Shown here: positions 28,856 through 38,201 of the stretch, one piece after another
Layout of the letters: each line of letters opens with the position of its first letter
How positions within the stretch are numbered: the first letter of the stretch is position 1
From: an uncultured delta proteobacterium
GTDB lineage: Bacteria; Desulfobacterota; Desulfobacteria; Desulfobacterales; JAFDCJ01
Reading direction: 5' to 3'
Length of the DNA stretch: 64,000 nt
Assembly (NCBI GenBank): GCA_963769935.1
Contig: CAVYNY010000016.1
Coordinates: forward strand, 224,001 to 288,000
The notes under the pieces: model-generated
Databases searched by the model: none
What the model saw: only the letters and a program-made list of their open reading frames with translations
What the model was told of the DNA's origin: nothing
Position numbers and translations under genes: made by a program

Positions 28856-29365
28856 ATGAGACAGACAATTTCCTTGCTGAAAAATGAAGCGGGGGGTGTG
28901 GTTATCATCGCCGCCATCATGATTTTGGCTCTGCTTACAATTATCGGAATTGCATCCCTGACCACCAGCAATACCGAGGTGCGGATTGCCGGTCAGGAGA
29001 GTGTTTACCAGCAAAATTTTTACAACGCCGAAGGCGCCACGCTGGAAACCGTTGAGCTGCTGGAAAATATTTCCGATCCGAAAACGGCCGGCCTATCCTG
29101 GCTGGAGCTGAATATCGACAGTGTAACCGCTGCTGACATTCTGGATAAATCATTTTGGCAATCCGGCAACGGCACCGTCACACCGCAGCCATCGGCCGCG
29201 CTGGCGGATACGCAATTTATGGCTGTTTCCGAGGGAGCTGTTACCGGAACCTCGCTGGCCATGGGCAGCGCCAAGGTGCATGCTTACACAATATACGGCC
29301 GGGCGGCGCCCCCTAACAGGGGCGAGACCATCATCCAGATCGGATACCTGAAGGCGTTTAAATAA
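28856..29365 (+). CDS. pilX: PilX-like minor pilin
   Basis: NEAG|GVVII without Glu5; FYNAEG; AAGGAG before ATG 28856. Confidence 0.8.
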   Translation: MRQTISLLKNEAGGVVIIAAIMILALLTIIGIASLTTSNTEVRIAGQESVYQQNFYNAEGATLETVELLENISDPKTAGLSWLELNIDSVTAADILDKSFWQSGNGTVTPQPSAALADTQFMAVSEGAVTGTSLAMGSAKVHAYTIYGRAAPPNRGETIIQIGYLKAFK

Positions 29366-29474
29366 AGTCCTGTAAGGGGCTTGGCGGCATTGAGTTGGCA
29401 ACGCCCACAGGAGAGAATACAAACGACTGGTCACTCCTCCAGGTCAGGGGGATCTCAAGTCGCAGGAGTAAAAT

Positions 29475-32400
29475 ATGAATACCCAAAAATTCGCGCTAAC
29501 TTGGTTGCTGACGATATGTTTTCTGACCGCCGTGTTTTTGCCGGCAGTCCAGGCCGAGTCACCGGATTATGGTGATAGCTGCTACTCGGCAAAAGTAATC
29601 GCTCTGAACACGACAACCAATGGATACATCGAAAAGGGCAATTGCGGATGGGTCTATGGTCATTGGCAATGTTCACCTAGCCCCGATAAAGACTACTTTA
29701 AGATTGTGGTCCCGGAATCAGGCTCCCTGACCATTTACACGACTGACTCAAATTACAACCCCGCCATGGACACGGAGGGCTACCTGTATGATGACAGTGA
29801 CTGCAATTACGGTGACATCATCGCCCACAATGACGATGCCGACAGTCCCAGTAATACAAATTTTCGGATTGTGCAGGCGGTAAACACCGGGACCTATTGG
29901 ATCCGCGTGCAAGGCGGACATACGGACATTCAGGGGTATTATCGACTGCACGTGGAGTTTGTCGCCCAGAACGCGCACAGCATCACGGCCAGCGCCGGGG
30001 CCGGCGGCAGCATTTCCCCCGCAGGGGATGTCGGTGCGGCCGAGGGGGGCCTCCTGAGCTTTGCGATCACACCGGATGCCTGCCATGAAGTGGCCGATGT
30101 GCTCGTCGACGGGGTTTCCGTGGGAGCCCAGACTTCCTATACGTTCACCAATATCACGGGTGACCACACTATAGAGGCCAGTTTTGTCGCAGCCGCGAAT
30201 TTTACGATCAGCGTCATTTCCGACGGCAACGGCCTCATATCCGACGGCAACGGTCTCATTACGCATACCGAGGGTGCTGTGACATTGAGCTGCGGTGAGG
30301 ATCAGGCAATTGAAATTGCAGCGCTACCCTCTTATAAAATCCTCGACGTTAAGGTTGACGGTGTGTCTGTGGTCGATCCTCTGACGGCGGGGGCAATGAC
30401 CACCTACACTTTCACCAACGTAACTGCCGATCATACGGTCACGGCCAGCTTCACCGGCATAAACGATTACATTATCGCCACCGTTGCCGGCGCCGACGGC
30501 AACATTGTGCCTTCGGGTCCGGTGGGCGTTGCATCCGGCGAAAGCCGGACGTTTAGCATCGCGGCGGACCCCGGATTTGATGTCAAAGAAGTCTGGGTGG
30601 ACGGCACCTCGGTGGGGATGGTGGACACCTATGCGTTTAACGATGTCCATGCCAATCATGAGCTGCGGGCGGAATTTAGTCCCATGGCGGGCCGGCCGGA
30701 CCTGGATACCTGTATTGACATATCCGATATACCGCTGGACACCCGTGTCCGGGCCGCGCCGGCCAATATCATGTTCGTGCTGGACGACTCCGGCAGCATG
30801 GACTGGGAGTTTATGACCGGCGAGAGCGAAGGTCAATTTGAAGGCGAGCGTTATATCTTCAACAACCCCGGCGATAATCTGTATTCCGACAGTTACATCC
30901 TGGACAGCAGTCAACGCAAAAAATGGAAATCCCAATGGTTTCGCTACAACATGCTGTACTATAACCCGCGGACGGAATATACACCCTGGCCGAACATGAG
31001 CGACGCGGACACGGCCCATCCGTGGTCCCACCCGCAGGTTACCACGGCGGGCTCGCCCAGCCTTAATCTGGCGGCCGAGTTTACCCAGATTTCGGCCAAT
31101 GGCGAGACGATTGTCGTCGACGACGGGGATGCCGAATTTTCGATCATCTCCGGCGACTGGAATACCAGCGGCTTTCATGCCGACGCGTATAACACCAACT
31201 TCACGGAATCTACGCTGGCTGACGAAGATAGGATCGCGCGCTGGGCGCCGAACCTTGCGGCGGGCAATTATGACGTCTATGCGAGCTGGGTGGCGGATGC
31301 CGCCTATTATGACAAGATGCAATATTTTGTGGTTCCCGACGGCATTGCTCCGGGAACCAAAATCGAGGTCGATCAGACCGCTGACGGCGGAACCTTCGGC
31401 GATAAGACCACAGCCAATTATCTGGGCAACTTTACCTTTACCCCCGCCGGATATGTTGAGATCTACATTAAACATGATCATGCCAAAGACTTCCAGGCAA
31501 GTGCCGATGCGGTCAAGTTTGTGCCCACTGACAGTGTCACGGCCAGCATCAAAAACGCTCATTATTACACCTGGTACGACGCCGATGAGGACGGTGAGCT
31601 GGACAGCGGCGAAACCGTCTACCTCGTGAATTTTGTGGATACCACCGGCGACGGCGCGCTCAACGCCCGGCAGTGGTATGCATTTGCCGACGACGGCGAT
31701 AATATCGTGGAAGCGGGTGAATTAACCGAAATTTCTGAATCCAGCGTGCCGGAGATCGTCATACCCTACAAGACGGCGGCGGATGATTTGCAGAACTTCG
31801 CCAACTGGTTTTCTTACTACCGGCGGCGGGAGCTGTCAGCCACGGCCGCCATGGCCACCTTAATCACCTACGCCCAGGGCATGCAAATCGGCATATACAG
31901 TATCAACGGAAATCTGAAGGTACCGGTGCACAAGATTAAAGTGGACGGGGTGGATGAAACCGCCGCCCTGTTGAACACACTGTATAGCCTTAAAGTCTCA
32001 GCCGACGGTACCCCATTGCGCCAGGGACTGCAAAATGTCGGGAAATATTACCACAAAAATGATAATTCCAATGGGGGTATAGGCACCTCGGCGGATCCCG
32101 ACGACGATTCGCCGATTGCCGACGCCGCCGACGGCGGCGAATGCCAGCAGTGTTTTGCCATCGTGATGACCGACGGATTTTGGAACGGCAGCAGCCCCGG
32201 GGTCGGCAACACCGATGCCGATGACGCCAACTCCGATTTTGATGGTCCGCCTTATGCCGATACGTATTCGGATACCCTGGCCGATGTTGCCATGAAGTAT
32301 TATGAGACTGACCTGGATACGAACCTGAGCGATTTTGTTCCGACCAACAGCCGCGATTTGGCCAAACATCAGCACATGGTAACTTACACGATCGGGTTCG

Positions 32401-34661
32401 GTGTTGTCGGGTCGTTGACCCTGGCGCCGGATTACCTGGACACCGGCGTTTATCCCACCTGGACCAACCCGGCTGACGGTAATGACGCGCACAAAATCGA
32501 CGACTTGATGCATGCCGCCGTCAACGGCCGGGGCCGGTATCTGAAGGCGCAAAATTCACTCGAACTGATCAACGACTTGTACCTCATCTTAAAAGATATC
32601 GCATTCTACAGCGGATCGGCATCCTCGGTTTCGGTCAACGGGGATGAGTTGTACACCCGTGTTAATGAAAACGTGATGCTGTTTCAGTCCAAGTATTACA
32701 GCGAGGGCTGGCATGGGGATGTTCTGGCCTACCGGGTGGACAACTCGACCGGCGAGCTCATCCAGCCGGCCCTGTGGTCGGCGGCCAAAAGCATGAGCTT
32801 GCAGTCGTTGGCCGGCCGCAAAATAGCAACCTATGACGGATCTTCCGCGGGCATCCCTTTCAGGTTTGACAACCTGACGGTTTATCAAAAAGCTATGCTG
32901 GATGCCGCCTGGGAAACCAATGATACGAACGCCAGAAACATCCTTGATTATGTGCGGGGCGAGCCTTCCCTCGAATTGGACAACGGCGGCACTTTCAGAA
33001 ACCGCACCTGGAAAATTGCAGATCAGGAACACCCCTACAACGGTTCGATTATCGCCTCCTCCAGACTGGGCGATATCGTACACGCCTCACCGGTTTACAA
33101 GAACGGCGTGCTGTATTCGGGCGCCAATGACGGCATGCTTCATGCCTTCGATGCGAACAGCGGTGAGGAAATTTTTGCCTATGTGCCGAATCTGGTGTTC
33201 GGCAACCTCCCGAACCTGACCGATCCGACGATCGGCCATCGATTTTATGTGGACCTGACACCCACCATCGCCGATGTGGATCTGTCCGGTATAACCACCA
33301 TGCTGGTCGGCGGTCTGGGCAAAGGCGGCCGCGGCTACTATGCGCTGAATTTAACCGATGTTGCCACTACCGGCGCTATTTACCCGATCGACGAGAATGA
33401 TCTTGCCGGCATGGTGATGTGGGAATTCCCCAATTGGTCCACATCCAACACAGTGGTGGCCGATCTCGGCTATTCGTACAGCAAGGCCGAGATTGTGAAG
33501 ACGTATGATGCCAATTATCCCTACATCCTGATATTCGGCAATGGTTATAACAGCGTCAACGGAAGAGCCGTCCTTTTTATGCTCAACCCGGCTACCGGCG
33601 AACTCATCAAGCGCATTGATACGGGCGTTGGCACCTGCAACGGGCTTTCGACACCGGTCGCAGTGGATGTGAATTACGATGATAAGGTGGATTATGTTTA
33701 TGCCGGCGATTTGAAAGGTAATTTGTGGAAATTTGACCTGACAAGCGACGATTCGACGAACTGGGATGTGGCCTATTACGAAAGCGGAACCAAAATACCG
33801 CTTTTTACAGCCGCCGGTCAACCGATAACCACCCGGCCGGATGTGATGTTTCACTGTGAGAAAGACGGCTATCTGGTGCTTTTCGGCACAGGAAAATATC
33901 TGGAAGATTCCGACCTTTCCGATACCAGCGGCCAGGCGGTATACGGCATCTGGGATTATGGAGACGATGCCGACAAAGGCGAATATGTAGGCACCATCAA
34001 CAGTGGAACCTTTACGCCCTCTCCCCTGCTGCCGTCGGGCACGGTCTCTCTTTTGGCGCAAAATGTCGTCAATGAGCAAACCGCCAATGATCTGGACCTT
34101 AGAACATTGTCGAACAGTCAAGCAGACTGGACCGCCTCTGCTTTGAATCCGATGGACGGGATCGCCTGCGGCGACTATGGCGGCACGGAAGACTGTGACC
34201 CGAACGGTACGGGCGAACATCCGGATCCTGTCAGAAATGTCGGCTGGTATTTTGATCTGCCGGATGCCGGCGAACGGGTGGTCAGTGATGTGATCGCCAG
34301 GGAGGGAAATCTTATCGTATTATCCTATACGCCGGGAGGTTCAATGTGCGCCACGGGCGGCCATACCTGGGTGATGGCAATGGATGCCTGCTCCGGCGGC
34401 AGGCTTTCGGAGGCCAACTTTGATGTCAACGGCGACGGCGGGATCGATGACCAGGATTTGGTCGATATCGGCACCTCTGACGAGATCATGGCGCCACCGA
34501 CCGGAACAAAATTCTCCGGAAGGCTTCTGCCGCCTGCCATTTTAATAATGAGCAAGAATACGGAGAAACTTTATATGAGCTCATCCATGGGCAGCATCGA
34601 AATTTTGGGGCAGAAGGCGGCAAGACTGGGTGTTTATTACTGGAACATATTTTCGCAATAG
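29475..34661 (+). CDS. pilY1: PilY1/PilC pilus-tip adhesin
   Basis: Signal peptide; vWA MIDAS DDSGS; SSRLGDIVHASP; GANDGMLHAF; Ca-loop DVNYDDKVDYVYAGD; GWYFDL. Confidence 0.92.
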   Translation: MNTQKFALTWLLTICFLTAVFLPAVQAESPDYGDSCYSAKVIALNTTTNGYIEKGNCGWVYGHWQCSPSPDKDYFKIVVPESGSLTIYTTDSNYNPAMDTEGYLYDDSDCNYGDIIAHNDDADSPSNTNFRIVQAVNTGTYWIRVQGGHTDIQGYYRLHVEFVAQNAHSITASAGAGGSISPAGDVGAAEGGLLSFAITPDACHEVADVLVDGVSVGAQTSYTFTNITGDHTIEASFVAAANFTISVISDGNGLISDGNGLITHTEGAVTLSCGEDQAIEIAALPSYKILDVKVDGVSVVDPLTAGAMTTYTFTNVTADHTVTASFTGINDYIIATVAGADGNIVPSGPVGVASGESRTFSIAADPGFDVKEVWVDGTSVGMVDTYAFNDVHANHELRAEFSPMAGRPDLDTCIDISDIPLDTRVRAAPANIMFVLDDSGSMDWEFMTGESEGQFEGERYIFNNPGDNLYSDSYILDSSQRKKWKSQWFRYNMLYYNPRTEYTPWPNMSDADTAHPWSHPQVTTAGSPSLNLAAEFTQISANGETIVVDDGDAEFSIISGDWNTSGFHADAYNTNFTESTLADEDRIARWAPNLAAGNYDVYASWVADAAYYDKMQYFVVPDGIAPGTKIEVDQTADGGTFGDKTTANYLGNFTFTPAGYVEIYIKHDHAKDFQASADAVKFVPTDSVTASIKNAHYYTWYDADEDGELDSGETVYLVNFVDTTGDGALNARQWYAFADDGDNIVEAGELTEISESSVPEIVIPYKTAADDLQNFANWFSYYRRRELSATAAMATLITYAQGMQIGIYSINGNLKVPVHKIKVDGVDETAALLNTLYSLKVSADGTPLRQGLQNVGKYYHKNDNSNGGIGTSADPDDDSPIADAADGGECQQCFAIVMTDGFWNGSSPGVGNTDADDANSDFDGPPYADTYSDTLADVAMKYYETDLDTNLSDFVPTNSRDLAKHQHMVTYTIGFGVVGSLTLAPDYLDTGVYPTWTNPADGNDAHKIDDLMHAAVNGRGRYLKAQNSLELINDLYLILKDIAFYSGSASSVSVNGDELYTRVNENVMLFQSKYYSEGWHGDVLAYRVDNSTGELIQPALWSAAKSMSLQSLAGRKIATYDGSSAGIPFRFDNLTVYQKAMLDAAWETNDTNARNILDYVRGEPSLELDNGGTFRNRTWKIADQEHPYNGSIIASSRLGDIVHASPVYKNGVLYSGANDGMLHAFDANSGEEIFAYVPNLVFGNLPNLTDPTIGHRFYVDLTPTIADVDLSGITTMLVGGLGKGGRGYYALNLTDVATTGAIYPIDENDLAGMVMWEFPNWSTSNTVVADLGYSYSKAEIVKTYDANYPYILIFGNGYNSVNGRAVLFMLNPATGELIKRIDTGVGTCNGLSTPVAVDVNYDDKVDYVYAGDLKGNLWKFDLTSDDSTNWDVAYYESGTKIPLFTAAGQPITTRPDVMFHCEKDGYLVLFGTGKYLEDSDLSDTSGQAVYGIWDYGDDADKGEYVGTINSGTFTPSPLLPSGTVSLLAQNVVNEQTANDLDLRTLSNSQADWTASALNPMDGIACGDYGGTEDCDPNGTGEHPDPVRNVGWYFDLPDAGERVVSDVIAREGNLIVLSYTPGGSMCATGGHTWVMAMDACSGGRLSEANFDVNGDGGIDDQDLVDIGTSDEIMAPPTGTKFSGRLLPPAILIMSKNTEKLYMSSSMGSIEILGQKAARLGVYYWNIFSQ

Positions 34662-34764
34662 TGATTAATTTGTTCGTTGAACCCGGCAGCTCATGCTTTA
34701 ACCTTGTCAGAAAAGACCTATGAGCTGACGGAAGAGGCTTTGGCATATTGAGGAGCATACAATA

Positions 34765-35118
34765 ATGAGGAATTCAGTGTTCAAAAATTTTAGGTGCAGG
34801 CTGGGTCTGCTTCTGTTCCTGGCCGCGATCGCTTTGCCGGCAGGTTCCTGTTTGGCGCAGGAAAGCCGCAGCGAAGGCTGGATTTTGCCCAAGCATTATC
34901 CAACCCATTTTTCCGGGCATGGTTGCATAAACCGCATAGAGGGCGACGAAGTTGTCATCGATGACCAGCTCTTCAGGTTCGCACCGGATGCAACCTATCA
35001 CACTCCGAAATCCCAGTATGCATCACGCTCACCGTTTCGCAAGGGCGTGCGGGTCGGCTTTATCAGTACCGCCAGCAAAACCATTGAATCGCTTTGGTAT
35101 ATTGACAAGTGCAGGTAG
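34765..35118 (+). CDS. Small exported hypothetical protein (pilus-cluster associated)
   Basis: Signal peptide, GAGGAG RBS. Confidence 0.65.
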   Translation: MRNSVFKNFRCRLGLLLFLAAIALPAGSCLAQESRSEGWILPKHYPTHFSGHGCINRIEGDEVVIDDQLFRFAPDATYHTPKSQYASRSPFRKGVRVGFISTASKTIESLWYIDKCR

Positions 35119-35190
35119 TAAAATATCCGAATCCTACATTGTAATTCAAGTTGAATTATTTTTGAGTATATAGATTACAAATATGTAGGA

Positions 35191-35589
35191 ACCAATAATA
35201 AAATCTTAATTGTGGATGATGAAGCTGCTATCCAGAATTTGCTCAAAATGGCTTTGGGCAGAAACGGCTATGAAGTCTTTGAAGCACCCGGCGCTGAAAA
35301 AGCCATTGAAATTTTAGAACAAGAACAAATTCCGGTCATACCAATTGACTTAGGCTTAGAAACAATGAACGGATTTGAATTGTGTGAAAAAGTTCGAGAA
35401 GATCATCCTGAAGCTATCATTTACGCATTGTCTGGTCACGTTGGCCTGTTTGGCCCGCAGGATTTAAGCAAAGCCGGCTTTAATGGATATGAGGCAAAGC
35501 CCATCGTAATTGAAAATATTGATAAAATTATAAAAGGCTCTTTTGAAAAAAATATAAGAGCTAACCATTTGACATTATATAGCTTATAA
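35191..35589 (+). CDS. Single-domain response regulator, start unresolved (possible pseudogene)
   Basis: KILIVDDE, DLGLETMNG, ALSG and AKP motifs; no in-frame ATG before the first beta strand. Confidence 0.65.
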   Translation, partial: TNNKILIVDDEAAIQNLLKMALGRNGYEVFEAPGAEKAIEILEQEQIPVIPIDLGLETMNGFELCEKVREDHPEAIIYALSGHVGLFGPQDLSKAGFNGYEAKPIVIENIDKIIKGSFEKNIRANHLTLYSL

Positions 35590-35602
35590 AACTTCCCAAA
35601 AA

Positions 35603-35618
35603 TGGTACACTCATTGCG
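35603..35618 (+). promoter_or_regulatory. sigma54-type promoter
   Basis: TGGTAC-N5-TTGCG upstream of the pilin-like gene. Confidence 0.65.
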
Positions 35619-35692
35619 ATACTGTGCAATACTGTATCGCAGAGTCCCAGGAAGTGAATCTCCTAAACTAAAATTAAACGATTACACAGAAA

Positions 35693-36094
35693 ATGCACAA
35701 TATTTTGAAATCCGCGATAAATTTCAGGACAGACAATCAGAGGGGCTATACCCTAATTGAGCTTATATCTGTACTGATCATAATGGGTGTAATGGTCTCA
35801 GTTGTAATAAAGAAATTTGATCTTCTGTCTGATAACGCCAGCATAACCGCCTTGCAAGCCGGAGTTCGAGAACTTAAATCAAGAGAAACTGTGACATGGT
35901 TTAAAATAAAACTATCTGATACCGGCTATACAAATGACGTGGATGTTTACAATGCAGTCGATAAAGACATAGGCCAAGTTTTTAGTTGGAATCCCGGTCC
36001 CCTTATTAGCGGAGGAAGATTGCACTTTAAAGCACAAACAGTAAATCTCAATAGAGTTCCATCCACCCCAAATTCACCAGGATATTGGATGTAG
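35693..36094 (+). CDS. Prepilin-type (type IV pilin-like) protein
   Basis: NQRG|YTLIELISVLIIMG. Confidence 0.8.
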   Translation: MHNILKSAINFRTDNQRGYTLIELISVLIIMGVMVSVVIKKFDLLSDNASITALQAGVRELKSRETVTWFKIKLSDTGYTNDVDVYNAVDKDIGQVFSWNPGPLISGGRLHFKAQTVNLNRVPSTPNSPGYWM

Positions 36095-36305
36095 AGTATT
36101 TTCGCTGTGCTTTAAGATGACCTCAAGAAAGATAACTGCTATCTATCGCATCTCTGCGTATTTTTAGATATATTATTTAAATATCTTTCCTCAGGTTCGG
36201 CAAATCCGGCCGGATTGAAATCGGGACCGGGTGTGGAGAGCATACTTCCGGCATGGGACGAATTTCCTGCCTTCATCCCCTGCGTTAGGTTGAAGTTTAT
36301 GTCCG

Positions 36306-36410
36306 GTGGGAGGGGTTTGCAACCACGAATTCAGATGGTGGCCCGACCGAGTACATCGCGGTTGCCTCCAGCCCGTAGGGCTCACGCCCCGGAGGGAAAA
36401 CCGCTCCCAC
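36306..36410. repeat. REP-like inverted pair (GTGGGAG...CTCCCAC) with nested ~31-bp hairpin insertion at 36365-36395
   Basis: Left arm GTGGGAGGGGTTTGCAACCACGA; right arm TCGCGGTTG[insert]GAAAACCGCTCCCAC. Confidence 0.75.
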
Positions 36411-36428
36411 AACATCTTAAAACTGTTT

Positions 36429-37361
36429 TCAGGTCCCCAGAAAACCTTCCACCAGCCTGATAATCGCATTCAGCCGGTCGGGCGCGTACCAATTAATTTG
36501 CGGATCGGCACCAAACCAGGTGAACTGGCGCTTGGCAAATCGCCGGGTATCACGTTTGAGCGTCCGAACGCACTCCTCCCACGGCAATCTTTCCGCGAAG
36601 AATTCAACCATATGGCGATAGCCGATGGACTGCATGGATTTCAATTCGGCCGCATAGCCCATGGCCAACAACTTCCTTACCTCCTCAACCAAACCGGCGC
36701 GAATCATCGAGTCCACCCGCCGGTCAAGCTGCGCATACAGCTCCCGGCGATCTATCCGCAGCCCTGCTTTGAGCGTATTAAACGGATATTCTTGAAAGCC
36801 GTGGTCCTGGTGGTGTTTTGATATAGACTTGCCGCTGGATTCAATGGTTTCCAACGCTCTAATTATGCGGTAGGAATCATTGGGGTGCAACCGCCCGGCA
36901 GTAGCGGGGTCGACTTGTTTCAGGCGTTCGTAAAGAGAACTGCTGCCGTCTTGATATAGTTGCTGCTTGAGCCGGTTTCTTATCTCCGAATCAACCGGTT
37001 CGGATTGAAATAAGCCGTGCAGCAGGGCTTTGATGTAAAGCCCCGTGCCGCCGACGACAAAGGCAAGCTGCCCCTGCGCGTGAAGTGCTGCAATCGTCGC
37101 CCGGGCCCGTTCTGAAAACTGCACGGCATCAAAATCTTCATCCGGATCCACGATATCGACCATGTGATGGGCAACGCGGCGCCGCTCTTCAAGAGTCGGT
37201 TTCGCCGTTCCAATGTCCATATGCCGGTAAATCTGCATGGAATCCGCACCGATGATTTCACCGCCAAATTTTTCAGCAAGGTTGATGCCGACGGCTGTCT
37301 TGCCGATGCCGGTGGGTCCGCAGATGATGATAATTTTTGGTTTGCCGGAAATTGAGATCAT
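36429..37361 (-). CDS. miaA: tRNA dimethylallyltransferase
   Basis: GPTGIGKT, DSMQIY, GTAKP, GGTGLY and AKRQFTWF motifs. Confidence 0.97.
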   Translation of the reverse strand: MISISGKPKIIIICGPTGIGKTAVGINLAEKFGGEIIGADSMQIYRHMDIGTAKPTLEERRRVAHHMVDIVDPDEDFDAVQFSERARATIAALHAQGQLAFVVGGTGLYIKALLHGLFQSEPVDSEIRNRLKQQLYQDGSSSLYERLKQVDPATAGRLHPNDSYRIIRALETIESSGKSISKHHQDHGFQEYPFNTLKAGLRIDRRELYAQLDRRVDSMIRAGLVEEVRKLLAMGYAAELKSMQSIGYRHMVEFFAERLPWEECVRTLKRDTRRFAKRQFTWFGADPQINWYAPDRLNAIIRLVEGFLGT

Positions 37362-37711
37362 TATCCGATCGTATTTTTTACGATCCCGATCAGCTTTTCC
37401 GGATCAAAGGGTTTTTTTACAAAGGCCACCGCATCTTTGATGGCATGATCACCGTCGATACCGCTGACCACAACCACAGGTGTGTCTTTAAGCGCTTTGT
37501 CCTTTCTGAGTTTGCGGTAAAACCGGGGGCCCCATTCACCGGGCAGCTGCAAATCAAGGGTAATCAGGTCCGGCTTCTCCCGGCGGACTACCTCCAGGCC
37601 TTCCGAGCTGCTGCCGGCCGTGCAGGTGGCATAGCCGTTATCGCTGAATACCGCCTGCAGATACTTGACGATTACCGGATCGTCTTCAATGATTAAAATC
37701 TTTTTCGGCAT
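37361..37711 (-). CDS. Single-domain response regulator associated with the tmc operon
   Basis: ILIIEDD, ITLDL and KKPF motifs; directly downstream of tmcA. Confidence 0.88.
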   Translation of the reverse strand: MPKKILIIEDDPVIVKYLQAVFSDNGYATCTAGSSSEGLEVVRREKPDLITLDLQLPGEWGPRFYRKLRKDKALKDTPVVVVSGIDGDHAIKDAVAFVKKPFDPEKLIGIVKNTIG

Positions 37712-37781
37712 AATGGTCCTCACTATTCTTTCTTCAACTTTTATTACTGTGTTAGTTGGTTCAGAATACTGATTTTCGAGG

Positions 37782-38183
37782 TCATCCTTCGGCCTTTAAC
37801 CCACGAACATGACATTCTCCGCACATTACAGGCCCCTTATTTTTCTCCTTGTGACAGTCCTCGCATCTGGTATGAAACGCATTCATCAGTGCCGGTTTCC
37901 TGCCGGAAGCTTTCAGTTCGTGGCATTCGGAGCAGCGCTGATCTTCGGAGGATTCGTCCTTAATCAGCTTACCCTCATCATTATATGTGTGGTGGCATTC
38001 GTTGCACTCTTCGATGCCGGCCTTTTCATTGTGTTCATCATGCTGGAACACGGAAGGCGGCCGTTGCGGGTTGTCAAAGGCATCGTTGTTGACAACCACC
38101 ATATCTTCCTGGGAATAGGCGGAAACAAAAATCAAGAGGGTGGCCATTAGGCCGGCGCAAATGAAAAAGGCGCACTTTTTCAT
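37782..38183 (-). CDS. tmcA: Acidic tetraheme type II cytochrome c3
   Basis: Signal peptide, four CxxCH motifs, operon context. Confidence 0.9.
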   Translation of the reverse strand: MKKCAFFICAGLMATLLIFVSAYSQEDMVVVNNDAFDNPQRPPSVFQHDEHNEKAGIEECNECHHTYNDEGKLIKDESSEDQRCSECHELKASGRKPALMNAFHTRCEDCHKEKNKGPVMCGECHVRGLKAEG

Positions 38184-38201
38184 CCTGTTACCTCCTTTAG
38201 A

